From an uncultured Pseudomonadota bacterium (GTDB lineage: Bacteria; Chloroflexota; UBA5177; JAJPKF01): a stretch of 64,000 bases of DNA. Within the stretch, counting starts at the first letter, position 1. Every line of letters begins with the position of its first letter. The stretch covers positions 2,524 through 66,523 of the forward strand of contig CAWIIC010000014.1 in the NCBI GenBank assembly GCA_963836045.1, in the 5' to 3' direction. Below, piece after piece: positions 9,994 to 19,321 of the stretch. A program made the position numbers and the translations under genes. The notes under the pieces were generated by a model, which did no database searches, was not told the DNA's origin, and was given only the letters and a program-made list of their open reading frames with translations.

Positions 9994-10638
9994 TCACTCG
10001 CTCCTCATCGAGTCGCCGGCAGCTACCTCGGGTGCCCTGTCGCCTTCCGGAAGCGAAATCTGATTGAACACGTAATAGATGGCAAGGCCGGCATGAACCA
10101 CCAGGCAAACGAGGGCGCTGGCGTAGGCGATCGCGATCGTTCCCAGGTAAAAGATCACTCCGAGCCCAAACCTGGGTAGTGTGGCTCTTGCTGCCTTTCC
10201 GGTAATGCCGGCCTTCAATAGATCGGGTCTGACCGTCCCGTATCCCCAGAGCAGGACGAATGCGACGGACATCAGAAGCATGGCCGCGCTATACACGGCT
10301 GCAGCCAGATGAGAGTTGGCTCCGGAGGTGAGGTAGGTAGCCAGCAGCGCGGTGGGAAAGGGTATGAATGCAACGGTCATCAAGAGAAATATGTTGAGAA
10401 ACATGACGGGCCGGTTGATCAGCGCGAACCGATCGAAGATCGTATGGTGATTTACCCAGATGATTCCGATGATCAGGAAGCTTGTGGCATACGCCGCAAA
10501 CGAAGGCCATTGCTCGAGGAGCTTCGGACCGAGCGTAGTATGACTCTGCACGTGCGGCACCGTTATTCCGAATACGAGCACCGTGATCGCAACGGCAAAA
10601 ACTCCATCGCTGAATGCTTCCAGGCGGCTGGGCGTCAA
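9994..10638 (-). CDS. TMEM175-family potassium channel
   Basis: RLEAFSDGVFAVAIT signature, WVNHH and PFPT, with about six TM segments. Confidence 0.92.
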   Translation of the reverse strand: MTPSRLEAFSDGVFAVAITVLVFGITVPHVQSHTTLGPKLLEQWPSFAAYATSFLIIGIIWVNHHTIFDRFALINRPVMFLNIFLLMTVAFIPFPTALLATYLTSGANSHLAAAVYSAAMLLMSVAFVLLWGYGTVRPDLLKAGITGKAARATLPRFGLGVIFYLGTIAIAYASALVCLVVHAGLAIYYVFNQISLPEGDRAPEVAAGDSMRSE

Positions 10639-10968
10639 AGTGATTTCTCCCTAACGACCGATCGCGTTCTCTGCGCCTTCCGTCGACATCCGAGGAAGGT
10701 GCTTTCTAGCCGGAAGGGCAGAGGGTTGACTTCTCAGTGCCATGGTGTTGCCCCCATCCGCTCCGCTTGGCATCGCATATCAATCAGCTTACTAAGGGAT
10801 GGCTACGCGAGCAACCGTAAATTCGTCTAGGCATAACCGACATGCCTCCCTCTGGGGCATTGTCTGAGGTCTGGTTTCGCAGATGGCTTCAGATCGTGGA
10901 GGCGGAGTTCGTCGTTGTATAGTCACATGAGGGGAGGCCCGAATTTCTCCTTGCGGGGTTCCCGGCTA

Positions 10969-12243
10969 ATGGCACACATCTCAACGTACCGGGTCGTACT
11001 GGCCACCGCGGGGGCGCTGACGGCACTACTGCTCGCTGGGTGCGGAACCAGCTCCTCTCCCCCGCCGACGGTGAACCCGGTCGGCAATTCTCGCCTCACG
11101 TATGGACCCGTTGCCTTCGCGACAGGCGCGCGCGGAATGATTTCGGCTTCGACTGCCGCTCACAGTTATATCCTGGCAACGAATGACGGGGGTAGGACCT
11201 GGTCTCATTCTCGAGTTCCTGTCCGGATAGCCCAGCTCGCCTATCCGGACCCGCAACACGCATACGCCCTCGTCACATCGAGTGCGTGCCTGCCCGCCAC
11301 TGGTCCCAACGCCCGGCTGGTCGCGCTCAGGAGTTGTCGGTCGGGTGTTATGAAGAGCGTTGATGGTGGACGTACTTGGACCTGGAAGCTGCAACTTTCC
11401 TGGCCCTACGAGCCACTGTTCTTTGGTTTCCGTAAACGTGGTGTGGGTTGGGTGGTTCTCGATCGTGGACAGTGCCTCCACGTGCCGAAGAGCCTGAACA
11501 ACCGAAAGCAGAAGGTCTGGAACTGCTACCGGGCGGGCTACAAATCGTCGATGGTTACGACCGACGGCGGGGCCACGTGGAAGCGCGTGCTCTCCCGCGT
11601 TGGTGGTCTCGATGACCTCGTGTTTACCAGCGCAAACACTGGGTGGGCCATCACTGTTCCCAGCCGGCGGCAGCTGGCGCGGCTGGCAGCCCACCCTCAC
11701 CCTGGCAATAACGGTTGCGTGTCCTCTTTGCTCTACTCCAACGACGGGGGTCGCGCTTGGATAAGACGGCGCCATATGACGTCCAGATGCCAGGCCACCA
11801 TCAGCTTCGTCTCGCCGAGCACCGGATACATGCTGCTCACTCGATGTCAGGCGCCAAAATGCCATCAGGTGGTCCTTCTACGTACCACGGACCACGGTCA
11901 AATCTGGAGACGAGTGTGGCGGGGCGGTGCGACGTCCAGTACGGATCCGCGAGCCGCCATAACTAGCGTGCTCTTTAAAACAGTCTCTGTCGGTTGGCTG
12001 GCGCGCGCTGACGCGGGACGGCCGCTTCAATCCGGGCTGATGACCAGCGATACCGGCGGGCACGGATGGGCCTGGCACTTCAAAGACACGTCCGGCACCT
12101 CCCGCCCCAACATGGCGCTGCCCAAGGCGTCGACGGGTTGGGTGGTCATGAGCGTTCCCGGCTGCCATCCGGTCTGTTCGCGCGTGTATCGCACGAAGAA
12201 TGGCGGCAATACCTGGAGCCTGGTAAACCTTCCCGTACCTTGA
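10969..12243 (+). CDS. Lipoprotein with BNR/Asp-box (YCF48-like) beta-propeller
   Basis: Lipobox LLAGC and repeated (S/T)xDGGxTW Asp boxes. Confidence 0.8.
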   Translation: MAHISTYRVVLATAGALTALLLAGCGTSSSPPPTVNPVGNSRLTYGPVAFATGARGMISASTAAHSYILATNDGGRTWSHSRVPVRIAQLAYPDPQHAYALVTSSACLPATGPNARLVALRSCRSGVMKSVDGGRTWTWKLQLSWPYEPLFFGFRKRGVGWVVLDRGQCLHVPKSLNNRKQKVWNCYRAGYKSSMVTTDGGATWKRVLSRVGGLDDLVFTSANTGWAITVPSRRQLARLAAHPHPGNNGCVSSLLYSNDGGRAWIRRRHMTSRCQATISFVSPSTGYMLLTRCQAPKCHQVVLLRTTDHGQIWRRVWRGGATSSTDPRAAITSVLFKTVSVGWLARADAGRPLQSGLMTSDTGGHGWAWHFKDTSGTSRPNMALPKASTGWVVMSVPGCHPVCSRVYRTKNGGNTWSLVNLPVP

Positions 12244-12402
12244 TAGCCGTGACGCCACTCCGATGTCACCCTTCGCTGAGCTTTGAGGATGTTCCGCGGG
12301 TGCGCGTACTATCATCGCCATGATGTCGCGGGAAGATATCATAACTTTCGGACTCAGAACTGACATACACTTGACCAGACGACGATGGTTGAGGAGTTTC
12401 AC

Positions 12403-13194
12403 GTGATCAAGGGACACCAGCTAAGCATGGTTAGCCGAGTTTTCTATATCGGGACGTTGGCGGCCATGCTCCTCATAGGAAGTGGCGTCGCGGCTACGGG
12501 TGCCGATGCCGGCGGCGGAGGCATGGGACAGAATCCTGGAAAAACTATCTTGCGGCGGGCCCGGGCTGCTGTCCGATCGATGCAAACTGTCCATCAGTCC
12601 GGTCAGATCTACACCCTGATAAAGGCGCTGCCCGGGTCCGGCCAACCAGGCGGCTACGTCAAAGACGTAATCGACGGAGATCTGTTTGTCAGTCGTCCGA
12701 TCCGCAACCAATATCAAGTGAAGGAAACGGCCCAGGCCCAGGGTAATCCCTCCTTCACTCAGGTGCGAACGCAACTTGTGGAGAAAGGAATCTTCGCCCA
12801 GCGCCTTGGAAGTACCGAATGGGGCTGTAAGAGGTCTGGCCCGACTGACGTTCCGTGGGGAGCTAGCGCATACAGCCTGTTGATGCTTCCGGGACTTGCG
12901 ACAAAGGTCCACGATGTCCACTATCTCGGGACCGCGATGGTCATGGGGGTTCCCGCTTTTCACGTGCGGCTTACCTATAGGCCTAAGCCATTTCTCGCCG
13001 GTGTGAAGGGTGACATGACGGCTGATCTGTTTATCTCACAATTGCGGTACACGCTTCTCCGCTACATTACGGCCGCCAAGGCTACAGCCGACGGCACGGT
13101 GTCGAAGTACGCGGTCGAGTTCAATTTTGACCGATACGGAGAGAAGGTGGCGATAAAGCTTCCGACGACGTGTAATGGTATTCCCGGCTACTAG
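12403..13194 (+). CDS. Secreted protein, possible LppX/LolA-like fold
   Basis: Signal peptide ending ADA. N-terminal helix ILRRARAAVRSMQTVH and C-terminal FDRYGEKVAIKLP. The start codon is uncertain. Confidence 0.55.
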   Translation: MIKGHQLSMVSRVFYIGTLAAMLLIGSGVAATGADAGGGGMGQNPGKTILRRARAAVRSMQTVHQSGQIYTLIKALPGSGQPGGYVKDVIDGDLFVSRPIRNQYQVKETAQAQGNPSFTQVRTQLVEKGIFAQRLGSTEWGCKRSGPTDVPWGASAYSLLMLPGLATKVHDVHYLGTAMVMGVPAFHVRLTYRPKPFLAGVKGDMTADLFISQLRYTLLRYITAAKATADGTVSKYAVEFNFDRYGEKVAIKLPTTCNGIPGY

Positions 13195-13272
13195 AAAGCC
13201 AAGTAAGCGTCCTACCTGCTGAGCTACGAGGCAATGCCGGCTGCAACTGAAATCTGAAAACCTAAAGATCCA

Positions 13273-14478
13273 ATGCAATCCGATGTGATCGTCGCCGGCG
13301 GTGGTCCCGCCGGCGCAACTGTCGCCCGTGAGTGTGCTTCACGGGGCCTGAGTGTCACCCTGCTCGACAAGGCCGAGTTTCCTCGAGACAAGCCATGCGG
13401 AGGCGGAGTGACGGTGCGCGCCTTGCGCCTCCTGCCCTTTAGCATCGATCAGGTAATTGAGCGCACGATCTGTGGGGTTCGTTTTACGGTCGGAAAGACG
13501 GCGATCGCTCGCTCATCCGAAGATCCGCTGACCTACCTGACGCAGCGGCGCTTTCTTGATCAGTTTCTTCTCGAGAAGGCGCGCACGGCCGGTGTGCGTG
13601 TACACGAGCGAACGAGTGTAACCGGCGTGGAGCAGACCGACCGCGGCTTTGTGGTATCCAGCGGAAGCACTCGATTTTCGTCGAAGATCTTGGTGGCGGC
13701 CGATGGCGCCAACGGAGTAACTGCCCGGCTCGCAGGGGTGGAGGTTCCTCGATGGCAAGGCATTGCATTCGAAGGCAACGTTACTCCGCCCGGCCGGTTC
13801 CCAAGCGAATGGCGGGAAACGATTGGCATAGACTTCACGAATGTTCCTGGGGGTTACGGCTGGCTGTTTCCCAAGGGGGAGCACCTGAACATCGGCGTGG
13901 GTGGCTGGCATGGCGTCGGTCCCACTCTCAGAACACGATTGTCCGCTTTAACCAGGTACTACGGCTATGATCCCGGTGACCTCTGGAATCTTCGAGGCCA
14001 TCCCCTTCCGGTGCGGCGGCCCGGTTCTCCCGTGGTCTCGGGGAACCTGCTGCTGGTCGGCGACGCCGCCGGTTTTCTCGATCCGTTTACCGGCGAGGGC
14101 ATCTACGCCGCGGTCTGGAGCGGCAAAGCTGCCGCGTCACGCATACTTGAGTTCTTCACAGGCAGGGCCGGCGCTCCGGCCGCCTACCGCCTCGACGTCG
14201 AGCGCGAATTGTCAAACGATCTCCGCGTCAGCCGCAAGTTGTACGACTTATTTCACCTTTGTCCTTGGATTTGGACGCAGGGCCTGCGTTCCGGTCGAAT
14301 CTGGGATCTTGCCTGTCGTCTTCTCAAGGGCGATCAAACGTACTCCGGGGCTAGCGAGGGCTCGGGTCTGATCTCGTCACTTCTCTCCGGAGCACATACG
14401 GGCCTGGGCAAAATCACTCGGAAGCTCCCGGAAAATGAAAGGTTGGTCCTGGACAATGCCCTCTTCTTCTCAAGGTGA
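13273..14478 (+). CDS. Geranylgeranyl reductase family FAD oxidoreductase
   Basis: GGGPAG, FPRDKPCGGG, AADGANG, GYGWLFPKG and GDAAGFLDPFTGEGI. Confidence 0.92.
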   Translation: MQSDVIVAGGGPAGATVARECASRGLSVTLLDKAEFPRDKPCGGGVTVRALRLLPFSIDQVIERTICGVRFTVGKTAIARSSEDPLTYLTQRRFLDQFLLEKARTAGVRVHERTSVTGVEQTDRGFVVSSGSTRFSSKILVAADGANGVTARLAGVEVPRWQGIAFEGNVTPPGRFPSEWRETIGIDFTNVPGGYGWLFPKGEHLNIGVGGWHGVGPTLRTRLSALTRYYGYDPGDLWNLRGHPLPVRRPGSPVVSGNLLLVGDAAGFLDPFTGEGIYAAVWSGKAAASRILEFFTGRAGAPAAYRLDVERELSNDLRVSRKLYDLFHLCPWIWTQGLRSGRIWDLACRLLKGDQTYSGASEGSGLISSLLSGAHTGLGKITRKLPENERLVLDNALFFSR

Positions 14479-14622
14479 CAAAGCACGCCTGTTCGCGCCG
14501 GGTAACAGTCCACGACCGCTGTCCGGCTAAATTGATGCCGGCGGCCGCCGAATAGTCGCTACTTTTCGGATGTACCATAGGGCATCCGTTGCTCTTGATG
14601 GAGCAGTGTCGAGGAGTGGGGC

Positions 14623-15441
14623 GTGGCGCATGAATTGAATCAGTTCGTGTCTGAATACGGACTCCTCGCGCTGACGCTCGTGGCTTTCGTCAAAGCCGTG
14701 GGCATCCCTATTCCCATACCGCAGGACGTTGTGGTTCTCGCTGCCGCGACCGGGTCCGCGAGCGGTAGGTTCCCGCTTCCCGAAGCGTTTGGGCTGCTCC
14801 TCGTGGCAATCACGGCCGGAGGCTTCGTTCAGTTCTGGATAGCTCGCGGTCCTGGACGGAATCTCCTGTACCGGTTCGGGCCCCATATCGGCTTGACTAA
14901 GCCACGTTTGAACGCGGCGTTTGGACGGGTCGAGAATGTCGGTTTTCTCGGTATCGGGGTAGCTGTAGTTACCCCGGGTATCCGTACCGCTGCCATACCG
15001 GCATGCGGATTGGCCGCGGTCTCGCTACGGAATTTTGCTCTCGGCCTGGTGACCGGCACGTCCGCCTTCTTGTGTTTTCACTTTTTCATAGGCTACGCGG
15101 GCACGAAGCTCGTGATTCGGTTCTGGCACGCTCAGCCGCACTTACTGATCCTGCTGATCCTCTTCTGCGTCGCCGCAGTCGTCGGTCTGACATATTTGCG
15201 GCATCGGGTCCGGCATGTCGGCGAGGACGTGCTGGAGTACGAGGAGCTGCACACCACAATCTGTCCGATATGCCTGGCCGTGGCCGCGGCTGATGTCCTC
15301 GCTCGACGGCGTGCCGGCCACGTCAGCGGCCCCCCCGCACCCACGTCTCACTCTGATCACGACATAAGCGATTCCTTCAGGCCGCCTCCTCAGCAGGTGA
15401 CGGTCGAAGCCAAGGCTTCAGAGTTCAAGAGGTCGGGTTGA
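14623..15441 (+). CDS. DedA/VTT family membrane protein with a C-terminal CxxC extension
   Basis: GIPIPIPQD, GR..LYRFG and TPGIRT motifs. The tail contains HTTICPICL. Confidence 0.8.
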   Translation: MAHELNQFVSEYGLLALTLVAFVKAVGIPIPIPQDVVVLAAATGSASGRFPLPEAFGLLLVAITAGGFVQFWIARGPGRNLLYRFGPHIGLTKPRLNAAFGRVENVGFLGIGVAVVTPGIRTAAIPACGLAAVSLRNFALGLVTGTSAFLCFHFFIGYAGTKLVIRFWHAQPHLLILLILFCVAAVVGLTYLRHRVRHVGEDVLEYEELHTTICPICLAVAAADVLARRRAGHVSGPPAPTSHSDHDISDSFRPPPQQVTVEAKASEFKRSG

Positions 15442-15466
15442 CGGTCAGACGCGTGAGGTCCCTCCG

Positions 15467-16504
15467 ATGAGCCTTCCTTTCGAACCGCCTTTGGAACCCA
15501 TGCTGGCCCGCTCGGCTGACGCTATTCCAACCGGGCCGGAATGGTGTTATGAGCCTAAGTGGGACGGCTTTCGCGCGCTGATCTTTCGTGAGGACGACGA
15601 TGTGCGAATTGTCAGCCGAAAGAACACGATCCTTAACCGCTATTTTCCCGAGTTGATCGCCGTGTTCCAGACGGGGTTACCCGAGCGCTGCGTAATTGAC
15701 GGTGAGATAGTACGAGCCGGTCCTCGCGGATTGGAATTCGACACGCTTCAGCTGCGTCTTCACCCCGCCGCGTCCCGCGTTACGAAGCTGTCACAGGAGA
15801 TCCCGGCTTCGTATGTTGCTTTTGATATCCTTGCCGTTGGTGACCATAACGTGGCGGTCGAGCCGCTCTTGGAACGTCGCCAGTGCCTCCTTCAATCCGT
15901 CGCTCCGATATCCAGCCTCTCAATAACGCCCCAGACCAGGAACGTGGACGAAGCTCAGTCTTGGTTCGAACGATTTGAGGGAGCCGGTCTGGATGGGGTT
16001 GTGGCCAAACAGATCGACGGCTCGTATCATCCGGGAAAGCGGTTATGGGTCAAGATTAAGCACCAGCGTACGGTGGACTGCGTAGTTGGCGGATATCGGG
16101 TAGCCTCCGACGGCAAAGGCGTGGGCTCTCTGTTGCTCGGTCTGTACGACGACTCGGGAGTCTTGGACTATGTGGGCCATACGTCCTCATTGAACGCTCG
16201 TGAGCGGCGCGAGCTGATGGAGAGACTACAGCCGCTTGAAGGTGAGCCGAGCTTTGGCGATGGTCGGACTCCCGGCGGCCCGAGCCGCTGGTCCCAGGGC
16301 CGTGACACGAGCTGGGTGTCACTGAAACCGGTACTCGTCTGTGAGGTTGGTTTTGAGAAGTTGGAGGGGAACCGCTTTCGCCACGCCGCCCGCCTTCTGC
16401 GCTGGCGCGAAGACAAAGCGCCGGCTGAGTGTACGTACGACCAGCTGGTCGCGCCGGCTAGCTTTGATCTCGCCGATATCGTCGAGCTGGGCCAGAGCAA
16501 GTGA
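15467..16504 (+). CDS. ligC: ATP-dependent DNA ligase, LigC type
   Basis: EPKWDGFR, RYFPEL, LQLRLHPAASRV, GAGLDGVVAK, GGPSRWS and RFRH. Confidence 0.9.
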   Translation: MSLPFEPPLEPMLARSADAIPTGPEWCYEPKWDGFRALIFREDDDVRIVSRKNTILNRYFPELIAVFQTGLPERCVIDGEIVRAGPRGLEFDTLQLRLHPAASRVTKLSQEIPASYVAFDILAVGDHNVAVEPLLERRQCLLQSVAPISSLSITPQTRNVDEAQSWFERFEGAGLDGVVAKQIDGSYHPGKRLWVKIKHQRTVDCVVGGYRVASDGKGVGSLLLGLYDDSGVLDYVGHTSSLNARERRELMERLQPLEGEPSFGDGRTPGGPSRWSQGRDTSWVSLKPVLVCEVGFEKLEGNRFRHAARLLRWREDKAPAECTYDQLVAPASFDLADIVELGQSK

Positions 16505-16544
16505 GGCGGGCAAGCGGCAGGCCCACGGCCTAGACCTCTGAGGA

Positions 16545-16573
16545 TTGTATATTTGACACACGCTCGCTATGCT
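16545..16573 (+). promoter_or_regulatory. Inward-facing promoter partly inside the left TIR
   Basis: TTGTAT-N17-TATGCT. Confidence 0.45.
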
Positions 16574-16997
16574 GAGTTTATTGCTCAAGCCTTCTTCAGT
16601 AAGTTGCGTCGTGCGCCATCCCGTCAATTTGTCTTGCCGGCAATTAGCGACATTGGCGCCGACGATCCAATAGTCAAGCACGTTGACGGCGAGATTATAA
16701 ATGGTGCGTTCGCGTGTTGACCGCGAGGTACGAGTGGGATGAGAATGCTATGGAGAGTCTTTGAGAGGCCGTGATGCCACGAAAGGATAAGGTCAGCAAA
16801 TAAGGCGCTGCCCGGCAAACTGGCTACTGACAGTAACCCCCCAGAAGAGCATAGCGATGACAGCGGCCACGCCAATGGGCATAAGAACGGCAAGGAAGCT
16901 CGTAGGTACGAAAGTACGCGCGTGTCGCTGTATCCACGGTCGTTCGAGGACGCGATGAAGGGGCTGCTTGGTACGAATCGAAGTAAGGAGGACGGCA

Positions 16998-17414
16998 ATG
17001 GTGCCTAGCACTCAGCAGAAGATACAAGACGGGCAGGGCGTCTTGTTTCCTCCCGTTGTCACGAGCAAACAGCCGTCGCACCCCGCTGATGCTGCCTCTG
17101 GACTCACGGATTACGCCAGTCAGCCTCACGGCCTGACGACAGCTGTGGCATTATTTGTCGTGGCGCTGGTTCTCTTCCTTATCTCGAAAGTTCCCCTTGC
17201 GGAATCGATAGTCGTTGATAAGGTGCCACACGATGACACACTCTCTCTGTCGCAACAAGAAATCGATCGACGTCTTGATGGTGCTGCACGCCGTGACCTG
17301 AACATGAGTGGCGACGAGTTCAAGGCCCTCTGGACATCCGGGGCCTTTCAGGGAACAGAGTTAGAGCATGACGCCGCGCATCTCGCCATTTATCTTCCAA
17401 CAGGTAAGGGCTAG
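16998..17414 (+). CDS. Hypothetical protein, putative antitoxin-like domain preceded by a hydrophobic segment
   Basis: AAGGAGG RBS. TM-like stretch TTAVALFVVALVLFLISKV and C-terminal LDGAARRDLNMSGDEFKALWTSG. Confidence 0.6.
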   Translation: MVPSTQQKIQDGQGVLFPPVVTSKQPSHPADAASGLTDYASQPHGLTTAVALFVVALVLFLISKVPLAESIVVDKVPHDDTLSLSQQEIDRRLDGAARRDLNMSGDEFKALWTSGAFQGTELEHDAAHLAIYLPTGKG

Positions 17415-17426
17415 CAACCTCACTGC

Positions 17427-17984
17427 TTGGCCAAGCGTCAGCCCCATGCGGCCCGCGAGTATCTTCGTGTTTTAAACAGAGCGCTTCAGTGCGCAACTCC
17501 GAATGCTCAGTTTCTAACTGAGCCAGGCGGAATAGCCAGGTCCTTAGCCGGACAACCACTAGCGATATTTACAGAACCGCAAAAGGTCCGTCTACGAGGC
17601 GATCCTGATCTATTCCTTGAGGCTGTTCAGCAGTTCAAGGTCGATCTCACAATCAGAGGTTTCCGTCCCACAGTTGTGGCTTATGCCTATCAGCTATCCC
17701 TCTCGGAAGGTGAAAGACCCTTGGTGGCCTATCATTGGGATCCTAACCCAGAAACGGCGTCGGGCAGAAGCTTCCCGCACGTCCACCTTCGCCCCCATGC
17801 AAGCGAACTGTGGCCCAACTTCCACAAGATCCATCTGCCTACCGGCAGCATCGAATTAGAAGATGTCTTATGGCTGGCGTTTGATGAGATGGGTGTCTCA
17901 TCGCACTTTGACGGATGGCGAGACGTTCTTATCGATTGCTCCCGGAAACTAAATCGTACCCCTCGATGGGAACGAGCACGTTAG
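17427..17984 (+). CDS. Hypothetical protein, putative toxin (TumE/DUF6516-like His motif)
   Basis: Starts 12 bp after the partner gene. Motifs AYAYQL, AYHWDP, FPHVH and KIHLPTG..LEDV. Confidence 0.6.
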   Translation: MAKRQPHAAREYLRVLNRALQCATPNAQFLTEPGGIARSLAGQPLAIFTEPQKVRLRGDPDLFLEAVQQFKVDLTIRGFRPTVVAYAYQLSLSEGERPLVAYHWDPNPETASGRSFPHVHLRPHASELWPNFHKIHLPTGSIELEDVLWLAFDEMGVSSHFDGWRDVLIDCSRKLNRTPRWERAR

Positions 17985-18110
17985 TTTGTTGCTACCTCTC
18001 GATATTGATGTCTTTGGCTCCATCACTGGCCTCCCGGCTTAGTGAGCCACTATCTCATTCCCACCCGTAAGTGTCAAATATTCAATCCTCAGACCTCTAA
18101 CTTCCGGGCT

Positions 18111-18941
18111 TTAGGCGGCAAACTCCGGCATTACGTTCTCCGCGAACTCGCGAACCCTACTCTCACCTTCAGAGGGCCAGTCAACTACGAGATAGAAAAA
18201 GCCCGCCTGCCGAAGCAGAGTGGCCCGCTCGCGGATCGCATCCCACGGCTGCGATAAGCTCAACGACCCGGCTCTCCGGATCGACTGTGGATCCCGTCCG
18301 GCCTCCTCAGCCAGGCGATCGATCATGGCGGACTTGCGAATCATTTCCTGGACTGGCCCCGAATGGTGCCACACGTCGGCGCGGCGACCTACCAGTGGCA
18401 GCATCAGCCTTTCTCCGGAGGCGCCTATCCAGAGTGGAGGACGGGGCTGCTGCACTGGCCGCGGATGGTAGGTCGCGTTGTCCAATCGAAAGTACTTGCC
18501 GTGGTGACTGACGTTGTCGCGAGTCATGAGATCTTCGATAACCGTGATGGCTTCGTCGAGCCGCTCGACACGCTCGCGAGTGGCTGGGAAATCAAATCCC
18601 AGCTGTCGGTGCTCCTCTTCAAACCAGGCGGCTCCAAGCGCCAGCTCTAGACGGCCGCCCGATATCTGGTCGATTGTTATCGCCTCCGTAGCCAGGAGTG
18701 ACGGATGCCGGTATGTGATCCCGGTGACGAGAGCCCCGATACGCACTCTGTTCGTCACAGCCGCCAGGGCCGCCATAAGGGTATAGGCTTCAAGGCAAGG
18801 TCCCGCGGGGTCGCCATACAGCGGCTTGAAGTGGTCAAATACCCAGACTCCGGTAAAGCCAGCCTCCTCCGCTAGGCGCGTTCGATGAAGGATCTCCGAC
18901 CAGCTCAGCTGATGCTGAGACACGTCCAAACCAAATTGCAC
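18111..18941 (-). CDS. LLM-class (probably F420-dependent) oxidoreductase
   Basis: WVFDHF, LVTGITYRHP, DQISGGRLELALGAAW and PRPVQQPRPPLWIG. GTG start with RBS. Confidence 0.9.
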   Translation of the reverse strand: MQFGLDVSQHQLSWSEILHRTRLAEEAGFTGVWVFDHFKPLYGDPAGPCLEAYTLMAALAAVTNRVRIGALVTGITYRHPSLLATEAITIDQISGGRLELALGAAWFEEEHRQLGFDFPATRERVERLDEAITVIEDLMTRDNVSHHGKYFRLDNATYHPRPVQQPRPPLWIGASGERLMLPLVGRRADVWHHSGPVQEMIRKSAMIDRLAEEAGRDPQSIRRAGSLSLSQPWDAIRERATLLRQAGFFYLVVDWPSEGESRVREFAENVMPEFAA

Positions 18942-19072
18942 GACGCAGTTCCCCCTCTCCTCCAGACTATTGAAGTCTACCCGCCCTCCTCTACCCGCAA
19001 CATTTCGTGTCATTCTCGAGGCTCGAGGGGTGACTATTGGTAGCAGAGCCACAACCGTGACGTAGATCACTT

Positions 19073-19101
19073 TTGCGTAGCGGCGCCATCTCGTCTATAT
19101 T
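19073..19101 (+). promoter_or_regulatory. Sigma70-type promoter of the leader-ABC operon
   Basis: TTGCGT-N17-TATATT. Confidence 0.65.
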
Positions 19102-19135
19102 GATACGTGAACGAAAACAAGGAGGCGGCACAATC

Positions 19136-19261
19136 GTGAGCACCGGCACATTCGCTATGCGCCTGTATCTTTGCCCGCGTGTGCTTTGCGCGCCCAAAGG
19201 TAACGGTGTTCCCAGTGGGATCAGTGCGCCCTCATTTCGGTCCGTGAGGTTGCAAACATAA
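19136..19261 (+). CDS. Putative 41-aa attenuator leader peptide
   Basis: AAGGAGG at 19119-19125 and a GTG start. The peptide MSTGTFAMRLYLCPRVLCAPKGNGVPSGISAPSFRSVRLQT ends 25 bp before the terminator. Confidence 0.6.
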   Translation: MSTGTFAMRLYLCPRVLCAPKGNGVPSGISAPSFRSVRLQT

Positions 19262-19286
19262 GAGCCAGTTCATTCCAGAGAATTGG

Positions 19287-19321
19287 AACCGTGGACCGAA
19301 ATTTCGGTCCACGGTTTTTTT
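19287..19321 (+). terminator. Attenuator terminator upstream of the ABC ATPase
   Basis: Perfect 30-bp palindrome AACCGTGGACCGAAATTTCGGTCCACGGTT running into a T7 tract. Confidence 0.85.

Larger units (their letters stand above)
16540..18090. mobile_element. Non-autonomous IS1595-like cassette (no transposase) with two passenger genes
   Basis: TIRs GAGGATTGTATATTTGACAC (16540-16559) and GTGTCAAATATTCAATCCTC (18071-18090) match at 19/20. The exact direct repeat AGACCTCT flanks them at 16532-16539 and 18091-18098. The interior is visibly more AT-rich than the flanks. Confidence 0.85.
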
